Below, one piece after another: positions 38,434-49,412 of a stretch of 64,000 nucleotides of DNA. Both the position numbers and the translations under genes were made by a program. The notes beneath the pieces are model-generated. The model was not told where the DNA came from, made no database searches, and was given only the letters and a program-made list of their open reading frames with translations. Numbering within the stretch: the stretch's first letter is position 1; the number at the start of each line of letters is the position of its first letter. The DNA comes from Jatrophihabitans sp. GTDB lineage: Bacteria; Actinomycetota; Actinomycetes; Mycobacteriales; Jatrophihabitantaceae. Where the stretch lies: positions 38,062 through 102,061 of the forward strand of contig DASSEP010000025.1 in NCBI GenBank assembly GCA_035695205.1. The letters are read 5' to 3'.

Positions 38434-39590
38434 CCGACCCGCTCGACCGGGTGCGCGCCACGCTCGCGGCACGCGAGGCGGCCGGGCTGCGCCGGGTGCT
38501 CCGTCCGCGTGCCATGGGCGAGCAGGTGTTGGACCTCGCCGGAAATGACTACCTCGGGCTCAGTGGCGATCCGCAGGTGCTTGCCGCCGCTGCACGGGCG
38601 ACGGAGGAGTGGGGCGCCGGCGCCACCGGGTCGCGGCTCGTCACCGGCACGACCGCGCTGCACCGCGCGCTGGAGACCACGCTCGCCGCCTTCTGCCGGG
38701 CGCCCGAGGCGCTGGTGTTCTCCTCCGGCTATCTCGCCAATCTCGGCGCGGTGACCGCGCTGGGCGGGCCGGACGTCGCGATCGTCTCCGACGCCGGCAA
38801 CCACGCCTCCCTCATCGACGGGTGCCGACTGTCCGGGTCGCCGATCACGGTCATCCCGCACCGCGACCTGGACAAGCTCGACGCGGCGCTCGCCGGCGCC
38901 GACCTGCCGCATCGCCTGGTCGTCACGGACGCGGTGTTCTCCGTCGACGGTGACCTCGCGCCGCTCGCCGAGATGCACGCGATCGCGCGCCGGCACGGCG
39001 CGTTGCTGCTGGTCGACGAGGCCCACTCGCTCGGCGTGCTCGGCCCGCGCGGGCGCGGGGCGGTCGAGGCGGCCGGTCTGGCCGACGCTCCCGACGTGAT
39101 CCGCACCGTGACGCTGTCCAAGGCCCTGGGCGCGCAGGGCGGCGGCGTGCTCGCCGCCCCGGAGGTCGTCGACCTGCTCGCCAACACGGCCCGGGCATTC
39201 ATCTTCGACACCGGGCTCGCGCCGGCGTCGGCCGGCGCCGCCCTGGCCGCGCTGCGCGTGCTGTCCGACGAACCGGAACGGGTTGCCGCGGTGCGTTCGG
39301 TGGCCGCGCGCCTCGCGGGCATCGTCCGCGGGCTCGGGCTCGAGACCGTCGATCCGGACGCCGCCGTCGTCCCCGGCTTCGTCGGCGACCCCCGCCGGGC
39401 CGTGCGCGCCGCCGCGCGCTGCCTCGAGGCGGGCGTGCGGGTGGGATGCTTCCGCCCGCCCTCGGTGCCGCCCGGCCGCTCGTGCCTGCGGCTCACCGCC
39501 CGGGCCACCCTGACCGAGGCCGATCTGCAGCGGGCCGCCGACGCGCTGGCCGGCGCCGTCCGGCAGGACGTACGGATGGTGCACCGGTGA
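38430..39590 (+). CDS. bioF: 8-amino-7-oxononanoate synthase
   Basis: [32 protein letters not shown]. Confidence 0.95.
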   Translation: MTDPLDRVRATLAAREAAGLRRVLRPRAMGEQVLDLAGNDYLGLSGDPQVLAAAARATEEWGAGATGSRLVTGTTALHRALETTLAAFCRAPEALVFSSGYLANLGAVTALGGPDVAIVSDAGNHASLIDGCRLSGSPITVIPHRDLDKLDAALAGADLPHRLVVTDAVFSVDGDLAPLAEMHAIARRHGALLLVDEAHSLGVLGPRGRGAVEAAGLADAPDVIRTVTLSKALGAQGGGVLAAPEVVDLLANTARAFIFDTGLAPASAGAALAALRVLSDEPERVAAVRSVAARLAGIVRGLGLETVDPDAAVVPGFVGDPRRAVRAAARCLEAGVRVGCFRPPSVPPGRSCLRLTARATLTEADLQRAADALAGAVRQDVRMVHR

Positions 39591-40294
39591 GCGTTCTCGT
39601 CGTCACCGGCACCGGCACCGACGTCGGCAAGACGGTCGTCACCGCCGCGCTGGCGGCGTGCGCGAAGGGATCGGTGGCGGTCGTCAAGCCCGCCCAGACC
39701 GGGGTGGCGGCCGGCGAGGCCGGCGACCTCGCCGAGGTCACCCGGCTGGCGGGGATCAGCGACGTGCACGAGTACGCCCGCTACCCCGATCCGCTCTCGC
39801 CGCACCACGCGGCGGCGGTGAGCGGGCTGCCGGAGCTCGACTTCGCCGAGACGGTCCGGCGCATCGACGACCTCGACGCCGAGCACGACACCGTGCTCGT
39901 CGAGGGGGCCGGGGGGCTGCTCGTCCCCTTCGACTCCACGGACGGGTGGACGCTCGTCGACCTCGCCTCGACCCTGCACGCCGAGCTCGTCCTGGTCGTA
40001 CAGCCCGGCCTGGGCACCCTCAACCACACCGCGCTCACCGTGGCCCGCATTGCCGACGAGCACCTGCGCCTGGCCGGGATCGTGCTCGGCAGCTGGCCGG
40101 AGCGTCCCGATCTCGCGATGCGCTGCAACCTGGCCGACCTCGCCGCGATGTCGCCGGACGGCACCCTGGCCGGTGCCCTGCCGGCCGGGCTGGCGGCGAT
40201 GGGAGACTTTGCCCGGCGCGCCCGGGCGGCGCTGGCGCCCACGTTCGGCGGCACCTTCGACTGGCCCGCATTCCGGGCCGCGCACCGGCCATGA
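39587..40294 (+). CDS. bioD: Dethiobiotin synthase
   Basis: [27 protein letters not shown]. Confidence 0.95.
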   Translation: MSVLVVTGTGTDVGKTVVTAALAACAKGSVAVVKPAQTGVAAGEAGDLAEVTRLAGISDVHEYARYPDPLSPHHAAAVSGLPELDFAETVRRIDDLDAEHDTVLVEGAGGLLVPFDSTDGWTLVDLASTLHAELVLVVQPGLGTLNHTALTVARIADEHLRLAGIVLGSWPERPDLAMRCNLADLAAMSPDGTLAGALPAGLAAMGDFARRARAALAPTFGGTFDWPAFRAAHRP

Positions 40295-41313
40295 CCCTCA
40301 TCGAGCAAGGAGCGACGACAAGCGTGGACATCCTCGAGACCGCCCGCCACCAGGTCCTCGAGCAGGGCAACGGGCTGAGCCAGGAGCAGGCCCTGCAGTG
40401 CCTCATGCTTCCCGACGACCGCGTCGACGCGCTGCTCGACCTCGCCCACGAAGTCCGCACCAAGTGGTGCGGCGACGAGGTGGAGGTCGAGGGCATCGTC
40501 TCGCTGAAGACCGGCGGGTGCCCCGAGGACTGCCACTTCTGCTCGCAGTCCGGCGTGTTCGACTCACCGGTGCGCTCGGCGTGGCTCGACATCCCCTCGC
40601 TCGTCAAGGCGGCCCAGGAGACGGCCGCCACCGGCGCCACCGAGTTCTGCATCGTCGCGGCCGTGCGGGGGCCGGACCGCCGGCTCATGGCGCAGGTCCG
40701 CGAGGGGGTTGCCGCGATCCGGGACGTCGTTGACATCAACGTCGCCTGTTCGCTCGGCATGCTCACCCAGGACCAGGTCGACGAGCTCGCCGGGATCGGC
40801 GTGCACCGCTACAACCACAACCTCGAGACCGCGCAGTCGTACTTCGACCGGGTGGTCACCACGCACACCTACGACGAGCGCCGGCAGACCTGCGAGATGG
40901 TGCGCAAGGCGGGAATGGAGCTCTGCTGCGGCGGCATCGTCGGGATGGGCGAGAGCGTCGAGCAGCGCGCTGAGTTCGCCGTCCAGTTGGCTGAGCTCGA
41001 GCCGGACGAGGTGCCGCTGAACTTCCTCAACCCGCGCCCCGGCACGCCGTTCGGCGACCAGGAGCCGATGTCGGCCGTCGACGCGCTGCGCACCGTCGGC
41101 ATGTTCCGGCTGGTGCTGCCCCGCACGATCCTGCGCTTCGCCGGCGGCCGCGAGATCACCCTCGGCGACCTCGCGGAACGCGGCGTGCGCGGCGGCGTCA
41201 ACGCCGTCATCGTCGGCAACTACCTGACCACGCTCGGCCGCCCGGCGGATGAGGATCTGGCGATGCTGGCCGAGCTGAAGATGCCGATCAAAGCGCTGGC
41301 CCGCGAGCTGTAG
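40291..41313 (+). CDS. bioB: Biotin synthase
   Basis: Radical SAM motif [20 protein letters not shown]. Confidence 0.97.
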   Translation: MTLIEQGATTSVDILETARHQVLEQGNGLSQEQALQCLMLPDDRVDALLDLAHEVRTKWCGDEVEVEGIVSLKTGGCPEDCHFCSQSGVFDSPVRSAWLDIPSLVKAAQETAATGATEFCIVAAVRGPDRRLMAQVREGVAAIRDVVDINVACSLGMLTQDQVDELAGIGVHRYNHNLETAQSYFDRVVTTHTYDERRQTCEMVRKAGMELCCGGIVGMGESVEQRAEFAVQLAELEPDEVPLNFLNPRPGTPFGDQEPMSAVDALRTVGMFRLVLPRTILRFAGGREITLGDLAERGVRGGVNAVIVGNYLTTLGRPADEDLAMLAELKMPIKALAREL

Positions 41314-41315
41314 CG

Positions 41316-41498
41316 ATGTACTGCGATCGGTGCGGCAGGCCGCTCGACGAGGGCGGCCATGCTACGTGCGCCCGTGCTCGCGATCTCGAGCCGCCGCGGT
41401 ACTGCCGGTCCTGCCGGCGGCGCATGGTCGTCCAGGTGACGCCGACCGGTTGGACGGCCTGCTGCGTCGAACACGGAGAGCTCAGCTCGACGCCGTAG
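41316..41498 (+). CDS. bsaP: Biotin synthase auxiliary protein BsaP (Rv1590-like)
   Basis: [30 protein letters not shown] immediately after bioB. Confidence 0.85.
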   Translation: MYCDRCGRPLDEGGHATCARARDLEPPRYCRSCRRRMVVQVTPTGWTACCVEHGELSSTP

Positions 41499-41504
41499 CC
41501 GCGC

Positions 41505-42191
41505 TCAGACCAGCGCGAGGACCTCGCGCAGCGAGGGAATCGTCTCGCCGTCCCACGACTCGTGCTTGCCGTACACCAGGCCGCCGAGCTCCTCCGGGAC
41601 GGCGAGGTGCACCGCGCGCATGCCCAGCGATTGCGCGCCGGCGAGCTCGTTGCTGCCCCCGTCGCCGACATAAGGACAGTCGCCGGGCTCGACGCCCAGC
41701 GCGGCGCAGCACGCGAGGTAGTTCTCGGGCTCCGGTTTGCGGTGCCCGGTGACGAACGAGAACACCGCCGCGTCGACCAGCGCGGCGATCTCGAGGGTGG
41801 GGAAGTAGCGCGGCAACTCGGCGCTGCAGTCGCTGACCACGCCGACGCGCAGGCCGCGCTCGCGCAGCGCGCGCAGCACTTGGTCGGCGTCCGGACGGGG
41901 GCGGCCGAAATCGCGTTCCAGCTCGAGCCGCCGCGCGGCGGCCCGGTCGAGGGCCGCCGGCGGCACCTCCACGCCGAGCCGCTGCGCGATCCAGGCAAGG
42001 CTGCCGGCCAGGTCGCCACCGGCGCCCCGGAAGCGCTGGTCGACCGTGGCGGTCATCTCGGCGTCGAGCGCCACCGGGTCGACCCCCAACAGGCCGGCCA
42101 GCTCGGTCCGGGCGGCGGTGGACTCGTCGGCGGTGCGGGCGCGGCTGAGGGTGCCGTAGTAGTCGAAGACGACCGCCCGGAGGTCGGTCAC
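41505..42191 (-). CDS. HAD family hydrolase
   Basis: [23 protein letters not shown]. Confidence 0.9.
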   Translation of the reverse strand: MTDLRAVVFDYYGTLSRARTADESTAARTELAGLLGVDPVALDAEMTATVDQRFRGAGGDLAGSLAWIAQRLGVEVPPAALDRAAARRLELERDFGRPRPDADQVLRALRERGLRVGVVSDCSAELPRYFPTLEIAALVDAAVFSFVTGHRKPEPENYLACCAALGVEPGDCPYVGDGGSNELAGAQSLGMRAVHLAVPEELGGLVYGKHESWDGETIPSLREVLALV

Positions 42192-43645
42192 TTTCTCGGC
42201 GTGGTCATCGACAGGACGTCGAGGACGTCGTCGAGCTGCTCCTCGGTGATGTGCTCGGGCACGTGGCCGCGCTCGACGACGACCTCACGGATCGTCTTGC
42301 GCTCGGCCAGTGCCTGCTTGGCGATCTTGGCTGCCTCGTCGTAGCCGACGTAGTGGTTCAGCGGGGTGACGATCGACGGCGAGGACTCGGCGTACTCGCG
42401 GCAGCGGTCGACGTTCGCCTGGATGCCCGATACACAGCGGTCGGCGAACACCCGCGACACGTTCGCGAGCAGCCGCACCGACTCGAGCAGGTTGCGGGCG
42501 ATGACCGGCAGCATCACGTTCAGCTCGAAGTTGCTGGCCGCGCCGCCCCACGCCACCGCGGCGTCGTTGCCGACGACCTGCGCGACGACCTGGCAGACCG
42601 CTTCGCACAGCACCGGGTTGACCTTGCCCGGCATGATCGACGACCCGGGCTGCAGGTCGGGCAGGAAGATCTCGGTGAGCCCGGTGCGCGGGCCGGAGCC
42701 CATCCACCGGATGTCGTTGCTGATCTTGTTCAGCCCGACCGCGACGGTGCGCAGCACGCCGCTCGCCTCGACAAGCGCGTCCCGCGAGCCCTGCGCCTCG
42801 AAATGGTCGCGGGCCTCGGTGAGCGGCAGGTCGAGGTCGGCGGCGAGCCTGGCGATCACCTCGGCGGCCAACCCGACCGGCGCGTTGATTCCGGTGCCCA
42901 CCGCGGTGCCGCCCAGGGGCAGCTCGCCGACGCGTGGCAGCACCCCCTGCAGCCGCTCGACGCCGTAGCGCACCTGCGCCGCGTACCCGCCGAACTCCTG
43001 CCCGAGTGTCACCGGTGTGGCGTCCATGAGGTGGGTGCGGCCGGACTTCACCACGTCGGCGAACTCCTCGGCCTTGGCCTGCAACGCGTCGGCGAGGTGG
43101 GTCAGGGCCGGGATCAGCTCGGCCGAGATCGCCCGCGTGGCGGCGATGTGGATGGCGGCGGGGAACTGGTCGTTGGACGAGAACGGGTCGTTGACGTCGT
43201 CGTTCGGGTGGACGGAGGCACCTTCGCCGAGCCGCTCGGCGGCCAGCGTCGCCAACACCTCGTTGGTGTTCATGTTCGACGAGGTGCCCGAACCGGTCTG
43301 GAAGACGTCGATCGGGAACTCGTCGTCCCAGTCGCCGCGGGTGACCTCGACGGCGGCCGCGGCGATCGCCCCGGCCTTCTCGGCCGCCAGCATCCCCTTC
43401 TCGCCGCGAATCGCCGCCGACGCGCCCTTGATGGAGGCGAGCGCGCCGATCAGCTCACGCTCGATCGGCCGCCCGGAGATCGGGAAGTTCTCGACCGCGC
43501 GCTGGGTCTGTGCACGCCACTTGGCGGCGGCAGGCACGCGTACCTCGCCCATCGAGTCCTTCTCGGTGCGGTATTGACCCGCCTCCATAGGCTGACCCGC
43601 CTCCCCGGACTGACCCGCCTCCCCGGACTTCTCTGTTGTCGTCAC
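42188..43645 (-). CDS. fumC: Class II fumarate hydratase
   Basis: [37 protein letters not shown]; alternative ATG at 43588. Confidence 0.96.
   Translation of the reverse strand: MTTTEKSGEAGQSGEAGQPMEAGQYRTEKDSMGEVRVPAAAKWRAQTQRAVENFPISGRPIERELIGALASIKGASAAIRGEKGMLAAEKAGAIAAAAVEVTRGDWDDEFPIDVFQTGSGTSSNMNTNEVLATLAAERLGEGASVHPNDDVNDPFSSNDQFPAAIHIAATRAISAELIPALTHLADALQAKAEEFADVVKSGRTHLMDATPVTLGQEFGGYAAQVRYGVERLQGVLPRVGELPLGGTAVGTGINAPVGLAAEVIARLAADLDLPLTEARDHFEAQGSRDALVEASGVLRTVAVGLNKISNDIRWMGSGPRTGLTEIFLPDLQPGSSIMPGKVNPVLCEAVCQVVAQVVGNDAAVAWGGAASNFELNVMLPVIARNLLESVRLLANVSRVFADRCVSGIQANVDRCREYAESSPSIVTPLNHYVGYDEAAKIAKQALAERKTIREVVVERGHVPEHITEEQLDDVLDVLSMTTPRK
43575..43628. repeat. 3 x 18-bp tandem repeat at the fumC 5' end
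   Basis: TGACCCGCCTCCATAGGC followed by TGACCCGCCTCCCCGGAC twice. Confidence 0.9.
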
Positions 43646-43696
43646 GTTCCAGCCCGATCCTCACTCGTCGTCGTTGCCATTTCGTTCCAGCCTCGG

Positions 43697-44758
43697 TCAG
43701 TTGCGGTCGGTGCCGTCGTTGCGGTCGAAATCGACGGCCGAGTACGCGCGTAACTTGCCGAGCTGGTGCAGCGAGTCGATCAGCCGGATCGTGCCCGATT
43801 TCGAGCGCATCACGATCGACTCGGTGCGCACCGCGTCGGCGTAGTAGCGCACGCCGCGCAGCAGCTCGCCGTCGGTGACCCCGGTGGCGCAGAAGAAGAT
43901 GTCATCTCCGCGCACCAGGTCCTCGGTCACCAGCACCCGGTCGAGGTCGTGGCCGGCGTCGAGGGCCTTCTGCCGCTCGTCGTCGTCGCGCGGCCACAAC
44001 CTCGCCTGCACGACTCCGCCCATGCAGCGCAGCGCGGCCGCCGCGATGATCCCCTCGGGCGTCCCACCGACGCCGAGCAGCAGATCCACGCCGGTGTCCG
44101 GCCGGGCTGCCGAGATGGCGCCGGCGACGTCGCCGTCGCTGATGAACTTGATCCGCGCGCCGGCCTCGCGGACCTCCTGCACGAGCTTCTCGTGCCGGGG
44201 GCGGTCGAGTATGCAGACGGTGACGTCCTCCGGGTGCCCGCGCTTGGCCTTTGCCACCCGCCGGATGTTCTCTGCCGGCGGGGCGGTGATGTCGATCGCG
44301 TCGGCCGCTTCGGCGCCTGCGGCGATCTTTTCCATGTAGAAGACGGCGGACGGGTCGAACATGCTGCCCCGCTCGGAGACGGCGATCACCGAGACGGCGT
44401 TCGGCATGCCTTTCGACATCAGCGTCGTGCCGTCGATGGGGTCGACGGCGACGTCGCACAGCGGGCCGGTGCCGTCCCCGACCTCCTCGCCGTTGTACAG
44501 CATCGGGGCGTGGTCCTTCTCGCCCTCGCCGATCACCACGACGCCTCGCATGGAGACGGTGCCGATGAGTGCGCGCATCGCGTCGACCGCGGCGCCGTCA
44601 CCGCCGTTCTTGTCGCCGCGTCCGACCCAGCGGCCGGCGGCCATCGCGGCGGCCTCGGTCACCCGCACCAGCTCCAGCGCAAGGTTGCGGTCGGGCGCCT
44701 TTCGGTTCGGGGCAAGCGCCGGCGGCACGGCGCCGGTGCCAGCGGATCCGTCGGACAT
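43697..44758 (-). CDS. glpX: Class II fructose-1,6-bisphosphatase
   Basis: [35 protein letters not shown]. Confidence 0.96.
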   Translation of the reverse strand: MSDGSAGTGAVPPALAPNRKAPDRNLALELVRVTEAAAMAAGRWVGRGDKNGGDGAAVDAMRALIGTVSMRGVVVIGEGEKDHAPMLYNGEEVGDGTGPLCDVAVDPIDGTTLMSKGMPNAVSVIAVSERGSMFDPSAVFYMEKIAAGAEAADAIDITAPPAENIRRVAKAKRGHPEDVTVCILDRPRHEKLVQEVREAGARIKFISDGDVAGAISAARPDTGVDLLLGVGGTPEGIIAAAALRCMGGVVQARLWPRDDDERQKALDAGHDLDRVLVTEDLVRGDDIFFCATGVTDGELLRGVRYYADAVRTESIVMRSKSGTIRLIDSLHQLGKLRAYSAVDFDRNDGTDRN

Positions 44759-44858
44759 GGTGGCGTCCTCTCGTGCGTTCTTCACGGGCGGGGAGGGCAG
44801 GTCAATCTTGACAGACCGACCCATGAGCAGACCGGCTGCGCCGAAAGCCCCTGCCGGT

Positions 44859-45086
44859 TCAGCCCCCGCTGCCGGCGCCCGCGTCGCGTTCGCGCGCGGC
44901 GATGGCGGCGTCGAGCCGCTGCCCGGCGTCGTCGAGCCACCGCTGGCACACCGCGGCGAGGTGCTCACCGCGCTCCCACAGTGCCAGGGATTCCTCCAGC
45001 GTCTGCCCGCCGCTCTCCAGCTTCGCGACGATCTCGCGCAGCTCCGCGCGGGCAGCTTCGTAGGTGGGCTCGGCGGGCTCGTTCAT
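44859..45086 (-). CDS. xseB: Exodeoxyribonuclease VII small subunit
   Basis: [30 protein letters not shown]. Confidence 0.92.
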   Translation of the reverse strand: MNEPAEPTYEAARAELREIVAKLESGGQTLEESLALWERGEHLAAVCQRWLDDAGQRLDAAIAARERDAGAGSGG

Positions 45087-45110
45087 CGCCGGCGACTCTA
45101 CCGGCGGGCC

Positions 45111-45136
45111 GTTTCCCCTTGACGGCAGACGGGTAC
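45111..45136 (+). promoter_or_regulatory. SigF/SigB-type promoter candidate for the DUF1206-MFS pair
   Basis: GTTT-N16-GGGTAC. Confidence 0.55.
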
Positions 45137-45233
45137 CAGATCCGTGCAACCAGCAAACGTTGCATGAGGACGCGCAAGAGGTTCGCGTCGCAGTCCGCGG
45201 CTGGCGACCACGCCGCCCACCTCCGGAGCACCG

Positions 45234-46160
45234 ATGACTTCCAGTACAACTCGTACCGCGCACGGCGACTCCGCTGAGCGCGGAGGCGGCGACGCGGGTG
45301 CCGACAACCGCGTCGCCGAAGCCCTGCAAGAGGGCAGCCGCCGCATCGCCTCGTCGACCTGGGGAGAGCGTGTCGCGCGCATCGGGCTCGCCGCCCGCGG
45401 CGTCGTCTTCCTGATTCTCGGCTACCTCGTCGCCCGGATCGCCGACGGCGCGCTCGGTTCAGCGAACCAGTCGCCGGCGAGCCTGCCGGGTATCGCCGAG
45501 GCTCTGGACAAGGAGACCGGCGGCGACATCGCGCTCGGCATCCTCGCGGCGGGGCTTGCCCTGTACGCCTTGTTCAGCGCACTCGACACCGTGCTGCACC
45601 ACAACGACGAGTCGCCGGCCGGGAAGCGCTGGGGCGACCGGATCCTGTCCGGCTGGGGCTTCGTCATGTACTCGTTGTTCGCCGTCTACTGCATCGAGGT
45701 TGCCGCCACGACGAGCAGCCATCCGGAGACCGCGCGTTACGAGCAGGTGCAGAAGACCCAGCTCAGCGCCGACGTCCTGCAGTGGCCGGGCGGTGTGTTC
45801 TGGCTCGGCCTGCTCGGCTCGATCGTCAGCATCATGGGGATCTTCCTGGTCACCCGTGCCGCGCGACGCAGCTTCCGGCCGCGGCTGGAGCGCGACCGGA
45901 TGAGCCGCCGGGCCTGGCTGTGGGCCAATGTGCTCGGCACGATCGGCTATTTCGGACGCGCCTGCCTGTTCCTGATCGTGGGCGGGTGCATCCTGGCCGC
46001 CGCCGTAGAGGACAACCCGGCGTACGGCCAGGGCGTCAACGGCGCGGCGCGGATCTTCGCCGGCAGCACGGTCGGGCCGGTCGTACTCGGGCTCGTGGCG
46101 GCCATGCTGGTGATCTACGGCTTCTACATGTTCTTCGAGACGCGTTACCGGCGAGTCTGA
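45234..46160 (+). CDS. DUF1206 family membrane protein
   Basis: ARIGLAARGVVF, three repeated hydrophobic units, ends ETRYRRV. Confidence 0.75.
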   Translation: MTSSTTRTAHGDSAERGGGDAGADNRVAEALQEGSRRIASSTWGERVARIGLAARGVVFLILGYLVARIADGALGSANQSPASLPGIAEALDKETGGDIALGILAAGLALYALFSALDTVLHHNDESPAGKRWGDRILSGWGFVMYSLFAVYCIEVAATTSSHPETARYEQVQKTQLSADVLQWPGGVFWLGLLGSIVSIMGIFLVTRAARRSFRPRLERDRMSRRAWLWANVLGTIGYFGRACLFLIVGGCILAAAVEDNPAYGQGVNGAARIFAGSTVGPVVLGLVAAMLVIYGFYMFFETRYRRV

Positions 46161-47635
46161 TGAACCTGCCCGCAACACTCGTCCGGCCCGTCGCCGACCG
46201 CGTCGACCGCGTGGTCGGCGGCCCCGCCCGGCGGCACGTGATCCTCGTGCTCGCGCTCGTGCTCGCACTGGACAGCGCGGACAAGGCGACGGTCGGTACC
46301 AGCGCCACGCAGCTCGAAGCCGCGTTGCACATCGGCAAGGCGCAGATCGGCCTGCTGCTGGCGGTGAGCAGCGGCGTGGGCGCACTCGCGACCATACCCG
46401 CCGGCATGTTCGTCGACCGGGTCTGCCGGACCCGGATGCTGTCGTGGGCCGTGGCCGGCTGGGGCGTCGCGATGCTGCTGTCCGGGTTCTCGACCAACTA
46501 CGTTTTCCTGCTGCTCACCAGGGTCGCGCTCGGTGCCGTGGTCGCCGTCGCCGGGCCCGCCATCGCCTCGCTGATCGGCGACTACTTCCCGGAACGCGAA
46601 CGCGGCCGCATCTACGGCTTCGTCCTGGCCGGTGAGCTCGTGGGCGCCGGCTTCGGCTTCGTCGTCGCCGGTCAGTTCGCCACGATGTCATGGCGCGCGC
46701 CGTTCTTCGTCCTCGTCGCGCCGACGCTGCTGGTCTGGTGGCTGCTCGTCCGGTTGCCCGAACCCGAGCGCGGCGGGGCGAGTCGCATGCAGTCGGGGCT
46801 CACCGACTTGCAGGAGGCCGCCGAAGGCGGCGCCGGCGAGGGCGAGGACGCTCCGGGCGAGCCGGCCGAGATGGACGACGACGACGAGCAAGATCTGGCG
46901 CAGCGTGTGGTGCGGCAGGGCGATGTCGAACCCCGCGAGGAAGCGGTACTGGAAGGCACCGTTTCGGACATGTCGATGTGGCAGGCCTTCCGGCACGTCG
47001 TCACCGTACGCACCAACGTCGTGCTGATCGTCGCCTCCGCTCTCGGGTACTTCTTCTTCTCCGGACTGCGTGGCTTCGCGATCCAATTCGCGAAGAAGCA
47101 CTACGACCTGTCGCAGAGCGGAGCGAGCGCGCTCACGCTCGTCATCGGTATCGGTGCGCTGCTCGGAGTGCTCGTCGGCGGCCGGCTCGCCGACCGGCTG
47201 CTGCGCAACGGCCACATCAGCGCACGTGTTCAGGTGCCCGGGGTGACGGTGTTGTGCGCGGCTGTGATCTTTGTCCCCGCGCTGCTGACAACCAGCGTGT
47301 GGGTCGCCATACCGCTGCTGGTGCTGGCCTCCCTGTTCCTGGGTGCCACGAACCCGCCGTTGGACGCCGCCCGGCTCGACGTCATGCTGCCGTGCCTCTG
47401 GGGCCGTGCGGAGGCCGTGCGCACCGTCTTGCGGAACGCGGGCGACGCCGTTGCCCCCTTGCTGTTCGGGATCCTCGCCTCATCCGTGTTCGGCGGCAGC
47501 ACCGGGCTGGAGTACACGTTCCTGGTCATGCTCGTCACGCTGTTCGCCGGCGCCCTGATCACCCTGCTGATCGGACGGCGGACCTACCCGCAGGACGTCG
47601 CCGCTGCGGCCGAATCCGCCAACCAGTGCGACTGA
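46160..47635 (+). CDS. MFS transporter
   Basis: About 12 TM helices, GMFVDRVCR motif A variant, GGRLADR; TGATG overlap. Confidence 0.88.
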   Translation: MNLPATLVRPVADRVDRVVGGPARRHVILVLALVLALDSADKATVGTSATQLEAALHIGKAQIGLLLAVSSGVGALATIPAGMFVDRVCRTRMLSWAVAGWGVAMLLSGFSTNYVFLLLTRVALGAVVAVAGPAIASLIGDYFPERERGRIYGFVLAGELVGAGFGFVVAGQFATMSWRAPFFVLVAPTLLVWWLLVRLPEPERGGASRMQSGLTDLQEAAEGGAGEGEDAPGEPAEMDDDDEQDLAQRVVRQGDVEPREEAVLEGTVSDMSMWQAFRHVVTVRTNVVLIVASALGYFFFSGLRGFAIQFAKKHYDLSQSGASALTLVIGIGALLGVLVGGRLADRLLRNGHISARVQVPGVTVLCAAVIFVPALLTTSVWVAIPLLVLASLFLGATNPPLDAARLDVMLPCLWGRAEAVRTVLRNAGDAVAPLLFGILASSVFGGSTGLEYTFLVMLVTLFAGALITLLIGRRTYPQDVAAAAESANQCD

Positions 47636-47647
47636 GCCGGGAGTAGG

Positions 47648-48838
47648 TCAGCAGGCGGTCGCCTCGAACTCGCCGTCGGCTACCCGGATCTGCAGGGTAC
47701 CGACGGCGTCGGCCGGCGCGCGGACCACGCGGCCGTCCGGACGGCGCACCACGGCATAGCCGCGGTCGAGGGTGGCCTGCGGCGACAGCGCGCGCACGCG
47801 GGCGCGGACGTGCTCCAGATCGTCGCGCGCCGCGGCCAGCAGGGCGCCGAGCCGCCACGTGGCCCGGGTGCGGGCGGCGTCGACCTCGTCGCCGTCCCGG
47901 TCGAGCCGGTTGCGCAGCGCTGCCGTGAGCCGTTCCGGCAGCCCGGCCATCAACTCGCGCTCCCGATCGAGACGGCGGTGGATGCAGCTTCGCAACCGCG
48001 CGCGCTGGTCGTCGATCGTCCGCAGCTCCTCGGCCAGGTCAGGGACGACACGCCGGGCCGCGTCGGTCGGAGTGGATGCGGCGAGATCCGCAGCGAGATC
48101 GACCAGCGGGCTGTCGGTCTCGTGTCCGATCGCGCTGACCACGGGGGTGACCGAGCCCGCCACCGCGCGGACGAGCGTCTCGTTGCTGAACGGCAGCAGA
48201 TCCTCGACGCTGCCGCCGCCGCGGGCGAGGACGATCACGTCTACCTCCGGGTCGGCGTCCAGGCGGGCGAGTGCTGCGACGATCTCGGTCACCGCGGCAG
48301 GCCCCTGGGTGGCCACGTTCTCGAAGCGGAAGCGGGCGCCGGGCAGACGACGGCGCGCGTTCTCGACGACGTCACGCTCGGCCGCGCTGGCCCGGCCGGT
48401 GATCAGGCCGATCGTGCGGGGCAGGAACGGCAAGGGCCGCTTGCGGTCGGCGGCGAACAATCCCTCGGCCGCCAACAACCGCTTGAGCGCCTCGAGCCGG
48501 GCGAGCAGTTCGCCGATACCCACCTGGCGCACCTCGAGAGCGCGCAGGCTCAGGCTGCCGCGCTCGAGCCAGAAGTCGGGGCGGGCCCGCAACACGACAC
48601 GCGAGCCCTCGCTCACGCCCTCGGGCAGGACGCCGCGCGGGCAGGTGACCGGCAGCGAGATGTTCGCATCCGGGTCACGCAGGGTCAGGAATTGCGTGGC
48701 CACGCCCGGGCGCCGGCTGAGCTGGGCGATCTGTCCGTCGACCCAGACCTCGCCGAGGCGGGCGATCCATTCGCCGATGCGGATCGCCACCACCCGGACC
48801 GGTACCGGCGACTCGGCCGACGTCTCCAGACGGGCCAT
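47648..48838 (-). CDS. xseA: Exodeoxyribonuclease VII large subunit
   Basis: LAAEGLF, ARGGGSVEDL, SAIGHETD, STPT, LDRGY. Confidence 0.96.
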   Translation of the reverse strand: MARLETSAESPVPVRVVAIRIGEWIARLGEVWVDGQIAQLSRRPGVATQFLTLRDPDANISLPVTCPRGVLPEGVSEGSRVVLRARPDFWLERGSLSLRALEVRQVGIGELLARLEALKRLLAAEGLFAADRKRPLPFLPRTIGLITGRASAAERDVVENARRRLPGARFRFENVATQGPAAVTEIVAALARLDADPEVDVIVLARGGGSVEDLLPFSNETLVRAVAGSVTPVVSAIGHETDSPLVDLAADLAASTPTDAARRVVPDLAEELRTIDDQRARLRSCIHRRLDRERELMAGLPERLTAALRNRLDRDGDEVDAARTRATWRLGALLAAARDDLEHVRARVRALSPQATLDRGYAVVRRPDGRVVRAPADAVGTLQIRVADGEFEATAC

Positions 48839-48846
48839 CGCCGCGA

Positions 48847-49368
48847 TCAGTCGCCGGGGGCGTCGTCGAAGCGCGACGGCGCGATATGGCGTGGCTTGTT
48901 GATCGCCTTGCCGTTCGCGGCGGCGGGCGTTGCCTGATCAGCGGGTGCTTGCGGAGCCGGTGCCTTCTTGGCGGGTGCCTTCGCGGCCGGTGCCTTCTTC
49001 GCGGCAGCCTTCTTGGCCGGTGCCTTCTTCGCGGCAGCCTTCCGCACCGGCGCCTTCGCCGGGGCCTGCTCGCCTACTGGCGGCGTTTCGGCCGGATGCT
49101 CGGTGCTGGGGCCCAGATCGTCGATCGCGACCGGCTCGTCGAACTTGGCCCACTCAGGTGGCTCGTCGCTCGGGCGGGTGCGGTTGAGCACCTCGTCGCC
49201 GCGAGCGGTGAGCCGCGCGTAGCGCTGCTGGGCCCGCAGCGAGGCCTGCAGCGCGGTGCTGACGGCCAGCATCGGCAGCTCGAGCGCGCGGTCGGGCAGG
49301 CGTCTCGCCTCGTCGGCTGCGGAGGCGACGAGACCGACGGCGGCACGGACGGGACCGGGGAGATGCAT
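48847..49368 (-). CDS. Rv1109c-like (lipid droplet-associated) protein with PAKK-type tail
   Basis: RAAVGL, QQRYARL..RGDE, PEWAKFDE; located between xseA and ispH. Confidence 0.7.
   Translation of the reverse strand: MHLPGPVRAAVGLVASAADEARRLPDRALELPMLAVSTALQASLRAQQRYARLTARGDEVLNRTRPSDEPPEWAKFDEPVAIDDLGPSTEHPAETPPVGEQAPAKAPVRKAAAKKAPAKKAAAKKAPAAKAPAKKAPAPQAPADQATPAAANGKAINKPRHIAPSRFDDAPGD
48955..49050. repeat. Coding low-complexity repeat (KAAAKKAPA units)
   Basis: Repeated GGTGCCTTCTTCGCGGCAGCCTTC units. Confidence 0.8.
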
Positions 49369-49412
49369 GACACAAGCCTGCCTCATGCCGTCGATCCGTA
49401 CCATCGGGAGGT

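Noticed and set aside
43575-43628. Repeats as a possible mini-CRISPR
   Set aside because: Contiguous 18-bp in-frame tandem units with no spacers and no cas genes.
48955-49050. PAKK-type repeats as a novel element
   Set aside because: Common histone-like tail in actinobacterial proteins.
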